DNA from: Nitrospirota bacterium
GTDB taxonomy: Bacteria; Nitrospirota; UBA9217
Reading direction: 5' to 3'
NCBI GenBank assembly: GCA_963737155.1
Contig: CAVTRN010000002.1
Location: 1,472,001-1,536,000, forward strand
DNA: 64,000 bases
Below, piece by piece: positions 42,841 to 54,136 of this stretch. How positions within the stretch are numbered: position 1 is the first letter of the stretch; the number at the start of each line of letters is the position of its first letter. A program made the position numbers and the translations under genes. The notes beneath the pieces were generated by a model. That model was given only the letters and a program-made list of their open reading frames with translations, ran no database searches and was not told the DNA's origin.

Positions 42841-43177
42841 AGAAATTCCCCTGGCGAGCAATACGACGATTGGCGTCCTGGCTCGATACTATATTAGTAC
42901 TATTTTGGGTGCTGCTGGTATGTTTATTGGGTATCACTTCTAGTGGTTATATGGAGTGTTCATAAAATGCCTTTGGGGATAAAAATATATAGCATACTCT
43001 CGGTGATTTAGGTAAGTTGGAATAACATTTTTTCATTACTGTGTTCACGGCGTCCAGTCGTAAAGATAAAAATATTTAATTCCAGTTGACGCCGATATTC
43101 CTGATGAAAAAAGACTTTTAAAAAGAACTGTAGCTAAAGACATCGGGAGAATACATTGATACGGGAGGAGATGGAGC

Positions 43178-44074
43178 ATGCGAGTCGGATTCATTGGCTT
43201 GGGGCGTATGGGGTTTCCCATGGCGCGGAATCTTATCAAAGCGGGGCATTCGGTGGTGGCGCATAATCGCAGTCGGGGTCCCGTTGACCGGCTCGTCGCA
43301 CTCGGCGCCGTGCCCGCTGCGACACCCGCGGAAGTCGCGCGTTCCGTGGAGATCGTCGTGTCCTGCGTCATGACGCCGGAACAGGTGGAAGACATATACC
43401 TCGGGCCGGAGGGTGCGCTCAAGGGCGCGCGTGCCGGCCAGGTGTACATCGACACCAGCACGATCGACCCTATGACCACCAGAAAAATCGGGGAGGCGCT
43501 TCGTGGCAGAGATGTTGCCTTCATCGACGCCCCGATCAGTGGGGGGCCGCTGGGGGCGGAAAACGGAACGCTCAGCGTCATGGTTGGCGCCGATGCCGCT
43601 GCGCTGGAGAAGGCGCGTCCGGTGCTGGAAGTGTTCGGCAAAAACATATTCCACATGGGGCCGATAGGCGCTGGCTGCTCAACCAAGATCTGCAACCAGA
43701 TGCTCACCGGAACAGCGCATGTCTTGGTGGCGGAAGCGATGGTGCTCGGAGCGAAGCTCGGGCTCGACCCGCAAAAGCTTTTCGACGTGCTGCACGTCAG
43801 CTCCGGGCAATGCAGGGCGCTCGACCGGGCTGTCCCCGAAGCCATCCTGCCGCGCAACTTCGCCGCGGTCTACACGGTCGAGGGTATGATCAAAGACCTG
43901 GAGTGTACCATCCGGACGGCTCGGGAGAACGGAGTGAGGCTCTTGTTGCCCACCGTAGCGCAGCAGATATACCAGGAGGCACGAGGCTTGGGCCACGGCG
44001 GCGAGCACCTGGCTGCGGTGATCATGCCCATGGAGAAAATCGCCGGTGTCGAGGCTGACAAAAAGAAACCGTAG
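43178..44074 (+). CDS. Beta-hydroxyacid dehydrogenase (3-hydroxyisobutyrate DH / tartronate semialdehyde reductase family)
   Basis: GFIGLGRMG, DAPISGG, GTLSVMVG, KICNQ, KDL. Confidence 0.93.
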   Translation: MRVGFIGLGRMGFPMARNLIKAGHSVVAHNRSRGPVDRLVALGAVPAATPAEVARSVEIVVSCVMTPEQVEDIYLGPEGALKGARAGQVYIDTSTIDPMTTRKIGEALRGRDVAFIDAPISGGPLGAENGTLSVMVGADAAALEKARPVLEVFGKNIFHMGPIGAGCSTKICNQMLTGTAHVLVAEAMVLGAKLGLDPQKLFDVLHVSSGQCRALDRAVPEAILPRNFAAVYTVEGMIKDLECTIRTARENGVRLLLPTVAQQIYQEARGLGHGGEHLAAVIMPMEKIAGVEADKKKP

Positions 44075-44107
44075 GTCTGAGATGCGGCGGGCTCAAGGAG
44101 TCAGATC

Positions 44108-44270
44108 ATGAAAGTGGTCATCATTGGGGATTTTACGGGCAGTTCAAAGAAAAGGATCGGTGAACAGTTTCTGTCCGATTGGGAGGATTGCGATCGTATC
44201 TGTCGCGGTGATGGACGCCGAACTGACCGACGCGGAAGTCATCATCCCGGAACACGTCATCGTGGACTGA
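44108..44270 (+). pseudogene. 5' fragment of a probable 2-hydroxyacid dehydrogenase
   Basis: RBS AAGGAG, MKVVIIGDF..., then ELTDAEVIIPEH in another frame; ends abruptly. Confidence 0.45.
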
Positions 44271-44554
44271 CCGTTCTGGATATAGGAAATTCCGTTCCCC
44301 ATCCCCGCGTTCATTCACCTGTTTTCATACCATGTCAATGACATAAAAACCCTTATCGGTAGTGACTTCATTGAAAAATCATTGACTCATGCGTGTAAAC
44401 TGATATAACTCAAGTTCTTTGAGAGAATTTTGCACTTGGAGTCTATAAACTGATAGTAACTGTCATTTCAGTATTTTGACGCTTTGTCTATTTGCATAAA
44501 ACACAAAAAATAATAAATAAGTTTATTAACCTAATGATAAATAAAAACGGCAAA

Positions 44555-44619
44555 ACCTAACATCAAGCTCGAGCGCGACAGCCGCTAAATAGCGGCTGTG
44601 GCTCAACATGGCGTTCATG
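44555..44619 (+). other. Integron attC-like site
   Basis: ACCTAAC (R''), TCGAGC..GCTCAA (L boxes), hairpin ACAGCCGCTA-AA-TAGCGGCTGT, degenerate GCGTTCAT (R'). Confidence 0.65.
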
Positions 44620-44729
44620 TGTAAGTTCCTACCAATATTCTGCATAGAGAAATCGTCAACACGACTGCAAGATGGCAGATGTATTTGGTACATCCTTCCC
44701 ACTCGTTATCATGCTTATCTACTGATTGA

Positions 44730-44788
44730 ATCATAGTATCCAATAGTTAACTCAGATTTGCAAGGCCCAACTGCCGTTTATAGGATAA
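44730..44788 (-). mobile_element. Isolated 59-bp end of the IS1380 element
   Basis: Identical to 33079-33137. Confidence 0.9.
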
Positions 44789-45152
44789 GGGAGAACCATA
44801 CGTTGCCGCTGCTGACGTATATGCGGTCGTTCCGCACATGGGGCGGAGTGGATGGACTTGGTACACCGGATCGGCTGGGTGGATGTACCGACTTATTGTA
44901 GAATCACTTCTGGGACTGCGGCTTGAAACAGACAAACTGCGCTTCGAGCCGTGCTTGCCCGCGGAGTGGGATTCATTCACGGTGCACTATAGGTACCGGG
45001 AAACCATCTACCATATCAGCGTTCGGCAAATGAGCGACAACAGCGAGGCGAGCGTGACCATCGATGGCGTTGAGCAGAGCGGCAATACGATTTCCCTTGT
45101 TGACGACCGTCGTCGGGAGCACGCGGTCGAGGTGAGAATTGCAGCGAGGTGA
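44789..45152 (+). pseudogene. GH94 (cyclic beta-1,2-glucan synthase/cellobiose phosphorylase) C-terminal fragment
   Basis: GEPYVAAADVY, GRSGWTWYTGSAGWMYR, PCLPAEW; begins at the IS end. Confidence 0.85.
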
Positions 45153-45262
45153 GTGATAGTATCGGTGTCGCTTTTAGAACAATCATCGACTAATATGCGG
45201 AGTGCGGGGAGAGTTTTTTTTGATAAAAAAACATATAAGTAGTTGAAATATATATTAAATAA

Positions 45263-45361
45263 TGGCGGGAGAGCATGAGAATCGAACTCACCTTTCCTGA
45301 CCAAAGCCAGGAAACAGCGGATTTGAAGTCCGTGACTAGCACCAGCTCAGTAACCTCTCCC
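45263..45361 (-). tRNA. selC: tRNA-Sec (anticodon UCA)
   Basis: Minus strand GGGAGAGG...CGGA-CTTCAAA-TCCG, 9-bp variable arm TTTCCTGGC/GTCAGGAAA, GTGAG-TTCGATT-CTCAT, ends CTCTCCC-G-CCA. Confidence 0.9.
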
Positions 45362-46062
45362 TTATTTTTTATGTAATTATTATATAATTTCCTATACTTA
45401 ACATTTTCACTTTACCTCATCGAGTATGTTACAGTCCTGCCGAGATCACTTTAGGGTACACATACATGTTAAGATCAACTGTTTTCGTAAATAATTGTAT
45501 AACTATTGATAATTAATGTCTTTATTATTTGATTACAGTTCTATAAGCTCTTTCCCTGATGCTGCATTTTGGTGATACCTACTCCAAATTCCATTATGAC
45601 CGTTACAAAAATAGTTACAATTTTGGATTGCCTTTAGAGTGTTGTCTGCAGTCGTATTGCACGGTTTTTTTTGATGCTTCCTTCAAATGTGATTCACTTC
45701 TCAAAAAAGTTAATAATAAATGGATCACATTTATACGGGAATAATACCATAAATATTCTCATCACCCGCTTTGTTGAGTAAAAAAAGATTTTACAAGCTT
45801 TGGTTTTGTTTTTGAAGTCGACTCTTTCAAAAAAAGTAGATTTTTATGCGTTCGGCAAATCCTCATTGAAAATTAATTTATTCTACACGAATTGTTCTTA
45901 TTTGAGAACAAGAAAAATAGAGTATGCGTGTTCATAAAACCTTTACCCAAATCTTCCCAAAAAAAATCAAATTTCTTGAAAATGAGTATATAGAAAAACG
46001 TTCGTAAATGATTTCATTTATGAACAATATTTGCGGATACTCTCGTTGGATATAGCGAGTGC

Positions 46063-47587
46063 GCAGGTTATACTGTTTTTAGTTGAAATTGAAAAGAGTG
46101 GCTCCCCCGTGGCATAATCCACGGTAGAGAGAGAAAAAAGAAAGGAGCCACTCAATGAAGGATACCACAAGGAAGAGAAAAAAGGCAATACGAGGAATTG
46201 AAGAGGCATACGGAAGGCGGGAGATCATCGAACAGATGTATTGTGTCTTCGCAAAAGGGAAACAGGGTTTTGATGAATGCATGAAGGAAATGGGCAGAAT
46301 GATGGCAGAGACGATCATGTACATCGAGCGGGAGGAGATTGCCGGCCCCGACTACCAGCCTAACAGTCCCGATCTGCGGAAGTGGGCTAGCCAGGGCGGT
46401 TCCGTCTATATCGGCGATCAGAAGATCCCGGTGACCCACCCTCGGCTTCGAGGTCCGGCGGGTGAGATTGTACTGCAGAGCTATCAGAAGATGAAAAAAC
46501 CGGAAGTCTTCGCAGAAGAATTGCTTGGAAAGGTGCTTCGGGGCATATCATGCCGGAAGTATGCGGAGACAGTTGTAGATACGGCACGAGCATTTGGAGT
46601 GTCCGCCAGCACGGTATCGAGCCATATCGTCGCGGCAACAGCAAAACAGCTTCAGGAGTTTAAGGAACGGTCACTCACGTCATTCGTTCCCTTTGCGGTC
46701 TTTTTAGACACTGTTCACCGCGGCGGAGAGGCATTCATCGTGGCGCTGGGGCTTGATATTGCCGGAAAGAAGCAGACATTGGGGTTCTGGCAGGGGGCGA
46801 CGGAGAACCATGAACTGTGTGAAGAGCTGTTTTCTGATATAGAGCGGCGGGGTCTGATACTTTCACGACGAATCATCTGGGTTACCGATGGCGGCAAGGG
46901 CGTAATCAAGGCACTCCGGGATCGCTTCGGTAAGAAACTCATCCATCAGCGGTGCACGATCCACAAGGACCGGAATATACAGCATCATTTGCCGAAGAAA
47001 TACCGGAAAGGCGCACACTGGAGGTTCCGGACAGCCCTGGAGCAGAATAATTACGCGGACGCTCGTCAGATGCTTCTGGACATGGAGAAATGGCTTCGGG
47101 GCATTAATGAGTCGGCGGCTGATTCGCTCATGGAAGCGATAGAAGACATTCTCACCCTTCATCGATTGAAGGTCCCCGCTCTCTTGAGGAAGACGTTGCA
47201 TTCTACCAATCCTATCGAGAGCATGTTTTCCACGGTGAGAAAAGCAGAAGGCAATATAAAGCGCTACCGCGACAGCAAGATGATGCAGCGCTGGCTCGCT
47301 TCTGTCCTCTTATATGCTGAACAAGGATTCAGAAAGATCAAGGGCCACGCCTTCATCGCGGACGTGATGAAACGGATCGAAGCGGAAGAATTAAATGACC
47401 TAACAGTCAAAGAGGCTGCGTAAAGGGGGATGGTTAGGTATGGCTCGGCCTCAGAAAACTCACATATGGCGATCCTACGAATCCGATTTTATAAACAGCG
47501 ATGATTTACACCGTTGAACCGATAAAAATACTTTAGCCGAAGGGAACGGGCCACTCAGATAATTTCAACTAAAAGCTTGACCTCGTC
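46063..47587 (+). mobile_element. IS256-family element; transposase CDS 46155-47423
   Basis: VFLDTV, VTDGGKG, QRCTIHK, STNPIESMF; IRs sharing TTTTAGTTGAAATT; 8-bp target duplication GCGAGTGC (46055-46062, 47588-47595). Confidence 0.93.
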
Positions 47588-47768
47588 GCGAGTGCGACTG
47601 CATAGTACATATCGTAATAATGCATTCAACAAAAATATATCAGTCGCGCGTGGACTGCAATTAGGATAATTATGAATGAAGAAGAGATTCTGGAAACATA
47701 TAAAGCACACGAAGACCTTTATTTACACGGTGATACTCGGTCAAGACACGAGAACGTTCATGGGTGGG

Positions 47769-47848
47769 GTGCGGTTCTGAGCAGGGAAGGTTGACGGCAG
47801 CGTGACGCGGAATCCGAGGTTCTGCCGATGACGTTAACCTATTGTAAA
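47769..47848 (+). other. Possible group II intron 3' remnant (half of domain V + domain VI)
   Basis: GTGCGGTTCTGAGCAGGG followed by aggttgacg...cgttaacct hairpin and A-TTGT-AA. Confidence 0.4.
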
Positions 47849-47896
47849 TTTTAAAGGGAACAGGGGGTAGTCCTAGCTCTCCTTTTTATTGTTCAG

Positions 47897-47930
47897 AAAA
47901 ACAAAAGCCCACTCGGTGAGGAATGGGCTT
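47897..47930 (-). terminator. Terminator of the HU gene
   Basis: aagcccattc/gagtgggctt stem plus T-rich tail on minus strand. Confidence 0.75.
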
Positions 47931-47958
47931 GGGTTAACAGAACAGATAGGATAAGGGA

Positions 47959-48246
47959 TTACTTCTTGCCGAGGATTGCATCCTTTGCGGCTTTGGCAAC
48001 TCTGAATTTGACAACCTTTTTCGCGGGTATCTTGATGGCTTCCCCGGTTCCGGGGTTCCTGCCCATACGGGCTTTACGCTGAACAAGTACGAGTTTGCCG
48101 AGTCCAGGAAGCGTGAAGGTGTTCTTGGCTTCCTTGTAAGCGATTTCTGCGATAAAATTGAGAATCTCAGCGGCTGCCTTCTTGGTGATAGATGCCTTTT
48201 CCGCTACCTTTGCTACCAACTGCGCTTTGGTCATTACCTTTGCCAT
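47959..48246 (-). CDS. hup: DNA-binding protein HU
   Basis: MTKAQLVAKVAEK, LPGLGKL, RKARMGRNPGTGEAIKIPAKKVVKF. Confidence 0.95.
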   Translation of the reverse strand: MAKVMTKAQLVAKVAEKASITKKAAAEILNFIAEIAYKEAKNTFTLPGLGKLVLVQRKARMGRNPGTGEAIKIPAKKVVKFRVAKAAKDAILGKK

Positions 48247-48627
48247 GAATGCCCCTCCTATGAAGTAGAATGGTGATTCGATGCTGCAAATATAGTCGAA
48301 TGTAAGAATATTGGCAAGAATTATTAGACCAATCTATCTTTCGTGAAATTTATATGTTATGAAGGCAATTAGTGCCCCGATACATCCGGCACCCAATGAT
48401 ATTACAAGTAGAGTATAAGGCGAACTGATAAAGCGACTCATTACAATGGTACAAACTGGACTAAAAATCACAAAACTGTTAAACATGATAACAAATAACC
48501 GCTTTTTCTCTGACTTGACCCACTTAAACTGCCATCGAGTAGATAATATTATAGATAAAAGAGAGAGTAGAATTATTATAATCGCAGCAAAAAATCATCT
48601 TTGATTTATCATATTGGGTGGTTGACG

Positions 48628-49378
48628 TTACTTTAATGAATGAAGCACAAACATATTTCCTTCAGTATCATAAACGAGGGAGATAAATCCGTACTCACCA
48701 ATGGAAAATTTCTTTTTCTCAATACTTCCTCCATTTTTTACCACCGTTTTTCCTCAATTGCGCAATCTGCGCAACTGAAGTAAACTACGGTGCTATCTGA
48801 GAAGCCTGTACGCCTGCCAAAAATGATGGAAAGAGCCAGGTTATCTTCTTGGCGATATGTTCCCCAAGCCGGTATTCCCGTCGGTTGCCCAGTAACATGG
48901 ACGGACGAGCTATCGTAACAGAAGGATACCCAAGTGCCAGGATAGCGTCTTCCAACTCACCTTTTATGCGATTATAAAAGAACCGAGAGCGGGGATTTGC
49001 ACCAATGGCACTTACCAGTAGGAATTGACGGGCACCCTGTGAGCGAACAAGCTTGGCAACTGTAAGGGGATAATCATAATCGACATGCCTAAATGCCGCC
49101 TGTGTCTTTGCCTTAGCTATTGTGGTTCCAAGTGCACAGAAGACTATGTCAACGTCAAACCATTCGGCGTGGTCCTGTAGCCGTTCAAAATCAGCGATTA
49201 GTTCCTTGACCACAGGAGATTTGTCCTGAGATGGCAATGAACGTCTTGTCAGAGCGCGAACCTCAGCTATTGTGCTGTCCTGAACAAGTAGGTGAAGGAT
49301 ATTCTGCCCTACAAGTCCTGTAGCTCCTACCAACATGGCACGTTGCTTTGTATTTGTCTGATTGTCAGTCATTGTCAT
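48628..49378 (-). pseudogene. Truncated YraR-like duplicate joined by deletion to the 3' remnant of the VOC gene
   Basis: 48795-49378 parallels 38430-39014; 48628-48792 parallels 37842-38008. Confidence 0.85.
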
Positions 49379-50048
49379 ATTGGCTCGATGTTATCAGGCT
49401 GGTTATATTTGAATGAGTAATGAGTTCACCTTGGGCGTGACCCTGTAAGCTACGAGTTCCTCCGATGGAAAGGGCTTCAAAAGGGGCAGAAGGACACCTT
49501 TATCGTGTTCATTGGGATTAATCCAAAGTTTGAAATCATCTTGGTGAAGAATCACAGGCATTCTATTGTGGATTGGCTTCATAAGTTCATTTGCATCGGT
49601 CGTGATGATTGTTGAGGTACAGAGTTCCTCACCTTCTGGTGATTTCCAATTATTGAAAAGACCCACGAAGCCCATAGGGTTCTTTGACTTGAGCCGCGTG
49701 TAGTATGGAATCTTCACCTTGTCTTGTTTCTGCCATTCATAAAATCCATCAGCAACAACAAGACAGCGGTGATTAATGAAAGCATCCTTGTATGAACGAC
49801 TGGAATCTACAGTTTCCGACCTTGCGTTTATCATCGAGTATGCACTTTGTTTTTCCTTTGTCCAAAATGGTAAGAATCCCCAATGGCTTGAGATTAGGAT
49901 GTTCTTCTTGCTGTCATTGATGACAATGGGGATCATCCTGCGTTGGAGCCACGTTGTAACTGGGGCGGATGTTAAAATTGATAATGTCTATTTGAAAAAT
50001 CATTGCGATGATGTCAATGGCACTGTGTATGTCAAAGCGTCCGCACAT
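49375..50048 (-). pseudogene. SOS response-associated peptidase (SRAP/YedK), frameshifted
   Basis: MCGRF N-terminus, YNVAPTQD (frameshift), INARSET, GFYEW, IHNRMPVIL; 7-bp duplication aatgagt shifts the 3' end. Confidence 0.88.
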
Positions 50049-50399
50049 GGGGAACCTCTGACGATTATTATAACGGAAGAAATCCAGATTTACGAACCTA
50101 ATGTAAATTTCTGACGGAAGAATGTGTGAGGTTATGTCTTTTCTTTTTTGAGGACGCCTTGCGAGTTTTAGGGCTGGTGGTGACTGTCGGCTTTTTAGCT
50201 AGATTACTGATTATACGGGATAACGGGACATCGAGGGCTTTTGAAATAGCGTAAAAGCTTAGGATGGAACCGTTCAGCTAACCGTTCTCCAAATTCGATA
50301 TGAAGGTTGGATGCTGGCTAGACATTTTAGCAAGTTTCTCCTGGGAAAGCTTTTTCGATGTTCGGATGACCCGTTCCGCCAAGGTTCGGCAGACTGGAT

Positions 50400-50911
50400 G
50401 AACCAGAGATTGACCCCAGAGAGAAAGCAGAGGCGCATAAGCGGCCCCATTCCTCGTGGAACTTCCGAAGAAGGCGATTTCATTGTCTATCTGAAGATTC
50501 TCGAGGATGCCCATGCGCTGCCAGACCGAAAAAGAACGATATACACTGTCGCCAAAATCGCCCGATCGAAATAGCTCACTTGGACGCGAGTGATTTTCTC
50601 AGAGGGAGCGAAAGGACCGATTATGGCCGAAGTTGTCCTCCTCAGAGTCTATCCCATCCAGGACGACCGTCCCAGGGAGTCCGAAGGCTGGCTTTTCTTA
50701 AGACGCAAGGCTACGTTTAAAAAAGCCGCGGCACTGACACTGTCGCAAGCGAGATTATTGATTATGGCTGTACTGCCGTGTGCAATGATAACGCCCACGC
50801 ATGTTATTGAGATCGTAGATTATCATAGAAAAAGAAATTACATTGCATATCGATCACACAGAAAAAAGAAACTTATGATGTTGGTAAGCAATAAAAGTCC
50901 GCTGTAGTAAT
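50400..50911 (+). mobile_element. IS701-like transposase remnant
   Basis: RVYP...WLFLRR and LTLSQARLL...IVDYHRKRNYIAYRSHRK; ends ...gctgtagtaa. Confidence 0.6.
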
Positions 50912-50946
50912 AATGAGAACGAGCCTTTCTATCGGTAGGTAGTAGG

Positions 50947-51396
50947 TCATAGCCTCACGATGAGCACGGGGATTTTCGTATCCTTGTGCATTACGCCGTA
51001 CGTTACGCTGCCGAGGACGGCCGCTTTAAGGGCGCTTTTGCCATGGGAGCCTACAACAATCAGGTCAACCTTCGATTTAGTTGCCTCATTCACAATTTTT
51101 TCCACAGGATGTCCTGTCCTTATTACCGCTTTGTATTGAATATGATTCCATTCGCAAACCTTTGCTGTTTCATCCGTAGAGGATTGCGCTGATTGCTTCA
51201 GATTATCTGCGACAGACTCTTTTAAATGGGTCGGTGATGCAGAAGCCGAAGCCGACTGGGCGACTATGAAGCGGTTATCTATAACACTAAGCAGCGTCAA
51301 AGATGCGCCAGTCTGTTTCGCGAGCTCGACCGCATATTTTGCCGCCTTCCGTGACACTTTTGAACCGTCTATTGGTACAAGAATCTTTGAAATCAT
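50947..51396 (-). CDS. Universal stress protein
   Basis: KILVPIDGS, GHPVEKI, DLIVVGSHG, LGSV, IPVLIVR. Confidence 0.95.
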   Translation of the reverse strand: MISKILVPIDGSKVSRKAAKYAVELAKQTGASLTLLSVIDNRFIVAQSASASASPTHLKESVADNLKQSAQSSTDETAKVCEWNHIQYKAVIRTGHPVEKIVNEATKSKVDLIVVGSHGKSALKAAVLGSVTYGVMHKDTKIPVLIVRL

Positions 51397-51871
51397 AAAA
51401 CCTCCACTTTTTTATGATTCACGAAGTAATCAAGCCGATGTTCTTTTGCATTAATGACTGGTAAATCGTTATGTTGTGAATTTCTTATAAGCCGTACATT
51501 TGTTGTCCATTCCCTTCTTTCGAGTATAGAGCACTGTTCGTATTGTTTCAAGGTCAGAGACTCGATAAAAGGTGTAATTCAAATGCCGGGCGCATGTAGC
51601 AAACTGAGATCGACACACAAATCGTTCCGTACTATCAATTAGTAACGAAAAATGTGCTACACTTTAATATACAAACATATTGATTGACATGGATTATTCT
51701 CGGTCATAATTTGTTAGCATTCTATGGGTATATAAGCCGTGATGTTGGGTTGGATATCCGCGACTTACATGAGAAGATCTGCGTTTTTTATGAATGAGTG
51801 GCGGCGGCTAAAGGAGTCCTTAGGAGGAAATTTATCCGACCCGAAAGAAACAAAGAAAGGATGACAATATT

Positions 51872-52024
51872 ATGAGGAAAAAAATTAGACTATTGATAAT
51901 CGGGGTCATGTTGGTCGTGTCCAGCAATAGTTTCTGGGGCTGCCGTAGAGGATCTGAGGGCGACCACCACCATGATGAACATCATGAAGATCACGGCGGT
52001 GATGAGCATGGGGATCACCATTAA
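51872..52024 (+). CDS. 50-aa His/Asp/Glu-rich predicted lipoprotein (not in ORF track)
   Basis: MRKKIRLLIIGVMLVVSSNSFWGCRRGSEGDHHHDEHHEDHGGDEHGDHH; RBS AAAGGA; paralogue at 60426. Confidence 0.72.
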   Translation: MRKKIRLLIIGVMLVVSSNSFWGCRRGSEGDHHHDEHHEDHGGDEHGDHH

Positions 52025-52408
52025 AATGCTGCCGGGTCCGGTCAAGTTAAATTAGGTTAGCGATTTACTTGATTCAACCTGTTACAATATATATGGAAGA
52101 CGTAGTTCGTCGGCGTTTCGCTGAGGGATCAACGATCTGCCTGTAAAACAAGCCATTTGCGGCAATGCTGCGATATTCGACAATCATAAGAATTCAAAAT
52201 ACATAGAGGGTCGGGTGATGTAATTACCCCATGTTCCTTTTACCTTAAAAGGTTCGTATCCAGATAAAAGACAGCAGATTATAGTAAGTGATCCTTCTGT
52301 ATTTAGCAAAGAGGCGCAAGTTCATGGCGTGCCAAGGCGTGTGTGCAACCTGAAGGTCTTATAGTCCAGTTGCCTATCTGGCTAAAGTATAATGCCGATC
52401 CAGAAAAT

Positions 52409-54136
52409 ATGAAAAACCCCTCTTTATCGGACAGACAGAATGATAGTCTCGGCTCCCTTCGCCAGGAGGCCGAAAAAAAGTTGCGCACGCAGCTTGAGAG
52501 GCTGCAAAAACTCTCTGCCCAGGACATTCAGGAGCTTGTCCACGAGCTTGGGACGCACCAGCTCGAGCTGGAGATGCAGAATGAAGAACTGAGCAAGGCC
52601 CGGGATGAACTGGAGTCATCGAGGAATCAGTACGCCGAATTATATGACTTTGCTCCTGTCGGCTATTTTACCATTGATGCACACGGACTGATAGAGGGAG
52701 TAAATCTTACCGGCGCGCGTTTGCTGGGAATCGAGAGGGGATTGCTGCTTAAGAGGCCCTTTACCAGTTTTATCGCAGAAGCGGCGGAAAGGGAGATTTT
52801 TTCGAAACATCGCGAAGAGGTTTATCAAAAACAGGGCAGCCACATATGTGAAATCAGGCTTAGGAAAAAAGAAGGCGCGGCATTTTATGCGCAGCTCCAT
52901 AGCGTAGCGAAGGGAAATATCAACGACGAAACCGGCTATATCCTTACCACGATCATCGACGTCTCCGATCGCAGGAGGGCAGAAGACGCGCTTCAAAACG
53001 CGTATGGCGAGCTTGACGTGAAGGTAAAGGAACGGACAGGAGAGTTGATTAGAGTAAACGAGCTGCTCATGAAGGAAATAGATGAGCGAAAGGGATCGGA
53101 AGAGTCGCTTCGGAAAGCGTATTCGGAAAATGCGCACTTAAAGGACCGGTTCCAGGCCGAGAATATCTATCTTCACAAAGATATAGACAGGGAGTTCAAC
53201 TTCGGTGAAATCATTGGGCGTAGCAATGCTCTCGAGTATGTGTTCTTCCGGGTCGAACAGGTGGCTCCCCAGGATGCGACCGTTCTCCTCCTTGGCGAGA
53301 CCGGGACGGGCAAGGGAGTGGTAGCGCGCGCTATTCACAGCAGGAGTAGCCGCAAGGACCGGATAATGATAACGGTCAACTGCTCGGCACTTCCGACGAA
53401 CCTCATTGAAAGCGAGCTTTTCGGTCGGGAAAAGGGCGCGTTCACCGGCTCCAATGAACGGCAGATGGGGCGCTTCGAACTTGCTGACAACAGTACCCTG
53501 TTTCTCGACGAGATCGGCGAAATGCCTATGGATCTTCAGACCAAGCTGCTCAGGGTCCTCCAGGACGGTGAGTTTGAGCGTCTGGGCGGCCCAAAGACCA
53601 TCAAGGTCAATGTGAGGATCATCGCGTCCACCAACCGGAATCTGGAGGATGAGATCCGGAAGGGCAGGTTCCGTGAAGACCTGTTCTACCGGCTGAATGT
53701 TTTCCCCATCACGATCCCGCCGCTCCGACAGCGCAAGGAGGACATCCCGCTTCTTGTCGATTATTTTGTCGCCAAATTCAACAAGAAAACAGGAAAGAAG
53801 ATCGAAACAGTGTCGAAAGACACCCTGAACGTTTTGCAGGAATACCATTGGCCGGGCAACGTGCGCGAGCTGGAGAGTATCATCGAGCGGGCAGTGATCA
53901 CGAGCCAGGGATCTCGCTTGCAGATACTGGACCGGTTCGAGAATTCCCTGCGGGCTGGAGAACAGGAGGCGCACCAATACAAGGCCCTTGTTGATCTCGA
54001 ACGTGACCATATCCTTCAAGCGCTCGAAAAAACAGGGTGGAGGATCGAAGGGAAAAAAGGCGCAGCGTCGTTGCTTGGTCTCAACCCCAGCACGCTTCGT
54101 GGCCGGATGCGGAAAGGTGGCATCCGCCGATCATAA
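52409..54136 (+). CDS. PAS-domain sigma54-interacting activator (FhlA-like)
   Basis: [12 protein letters not shown] coil, PAS (YDFAPVGY), [32 protein letters not shown]. Confidence 0.93.
   Translation: MKNPSLSDRQNDSLGSLRQEAEKKLRTQLERLQKLSAQDIQELVHELGTHQLELEMQNEELSKARDELESSRNQYAELYDFAPVGYFTIDAHGLIEGVNLTGARLLGIERGLLLKRPFTSFIAEAAEREIFSKHREEVYQKQGSHICEIRLRKKEGAAFYAQLHSVAKGNINDETGYILTTIIDVSDRRRAEDALQNAYGELDVKVKERTGELIRVNELLMKEIDERKGSEESLRKAYSENAHLKDRFQAENIYLHKDIDREFNFGEIIGRSNALEYVFFRVEQVAPQDATVLLLGETGTGKGVVARAIHSRSSRKDRIMITVNCSALPTNLIESELFGREKGAFTGSNERQMGRFELADNSTLFLDEIGEMPMDLQTKLLRVLQDGEFERLGGPKTIKVNVRIIASTNRNLEDEIRKGRFREDLFYRLNVFPITIPPLRQRKEDIPLLVDYFVAKFNKKTGKKIETVSKDTLNVLQEYHWPGNVRELESIIERAVITSQGSRLQILDRFENSLRAGEQEAHQYKALVDLERDHILQALEKTGWRIEGKKGAASLLGLNPSTLRGRMRKGGIRRS

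Noticed and set aside
45400-46050. AT-rich stretch next to tRNA-Sec, checked for an integrase or replication origin
   Set aside because: No sustained ORF, iterons or DnaA-box cluster seen
50278-50380. XRE-type HTH fragment (LSQEKLAK...FISNLENG)
   Set aside because: Too short and has no proper start; debris next to the IS701 remnant
53138-54019. Long antisense ORF (also 6334-6954, 30502-31236, 43045-43857, 2124-2915)
   Set aside because: Shadows of well-supported genes on the opposite strand with no recognisable motifs
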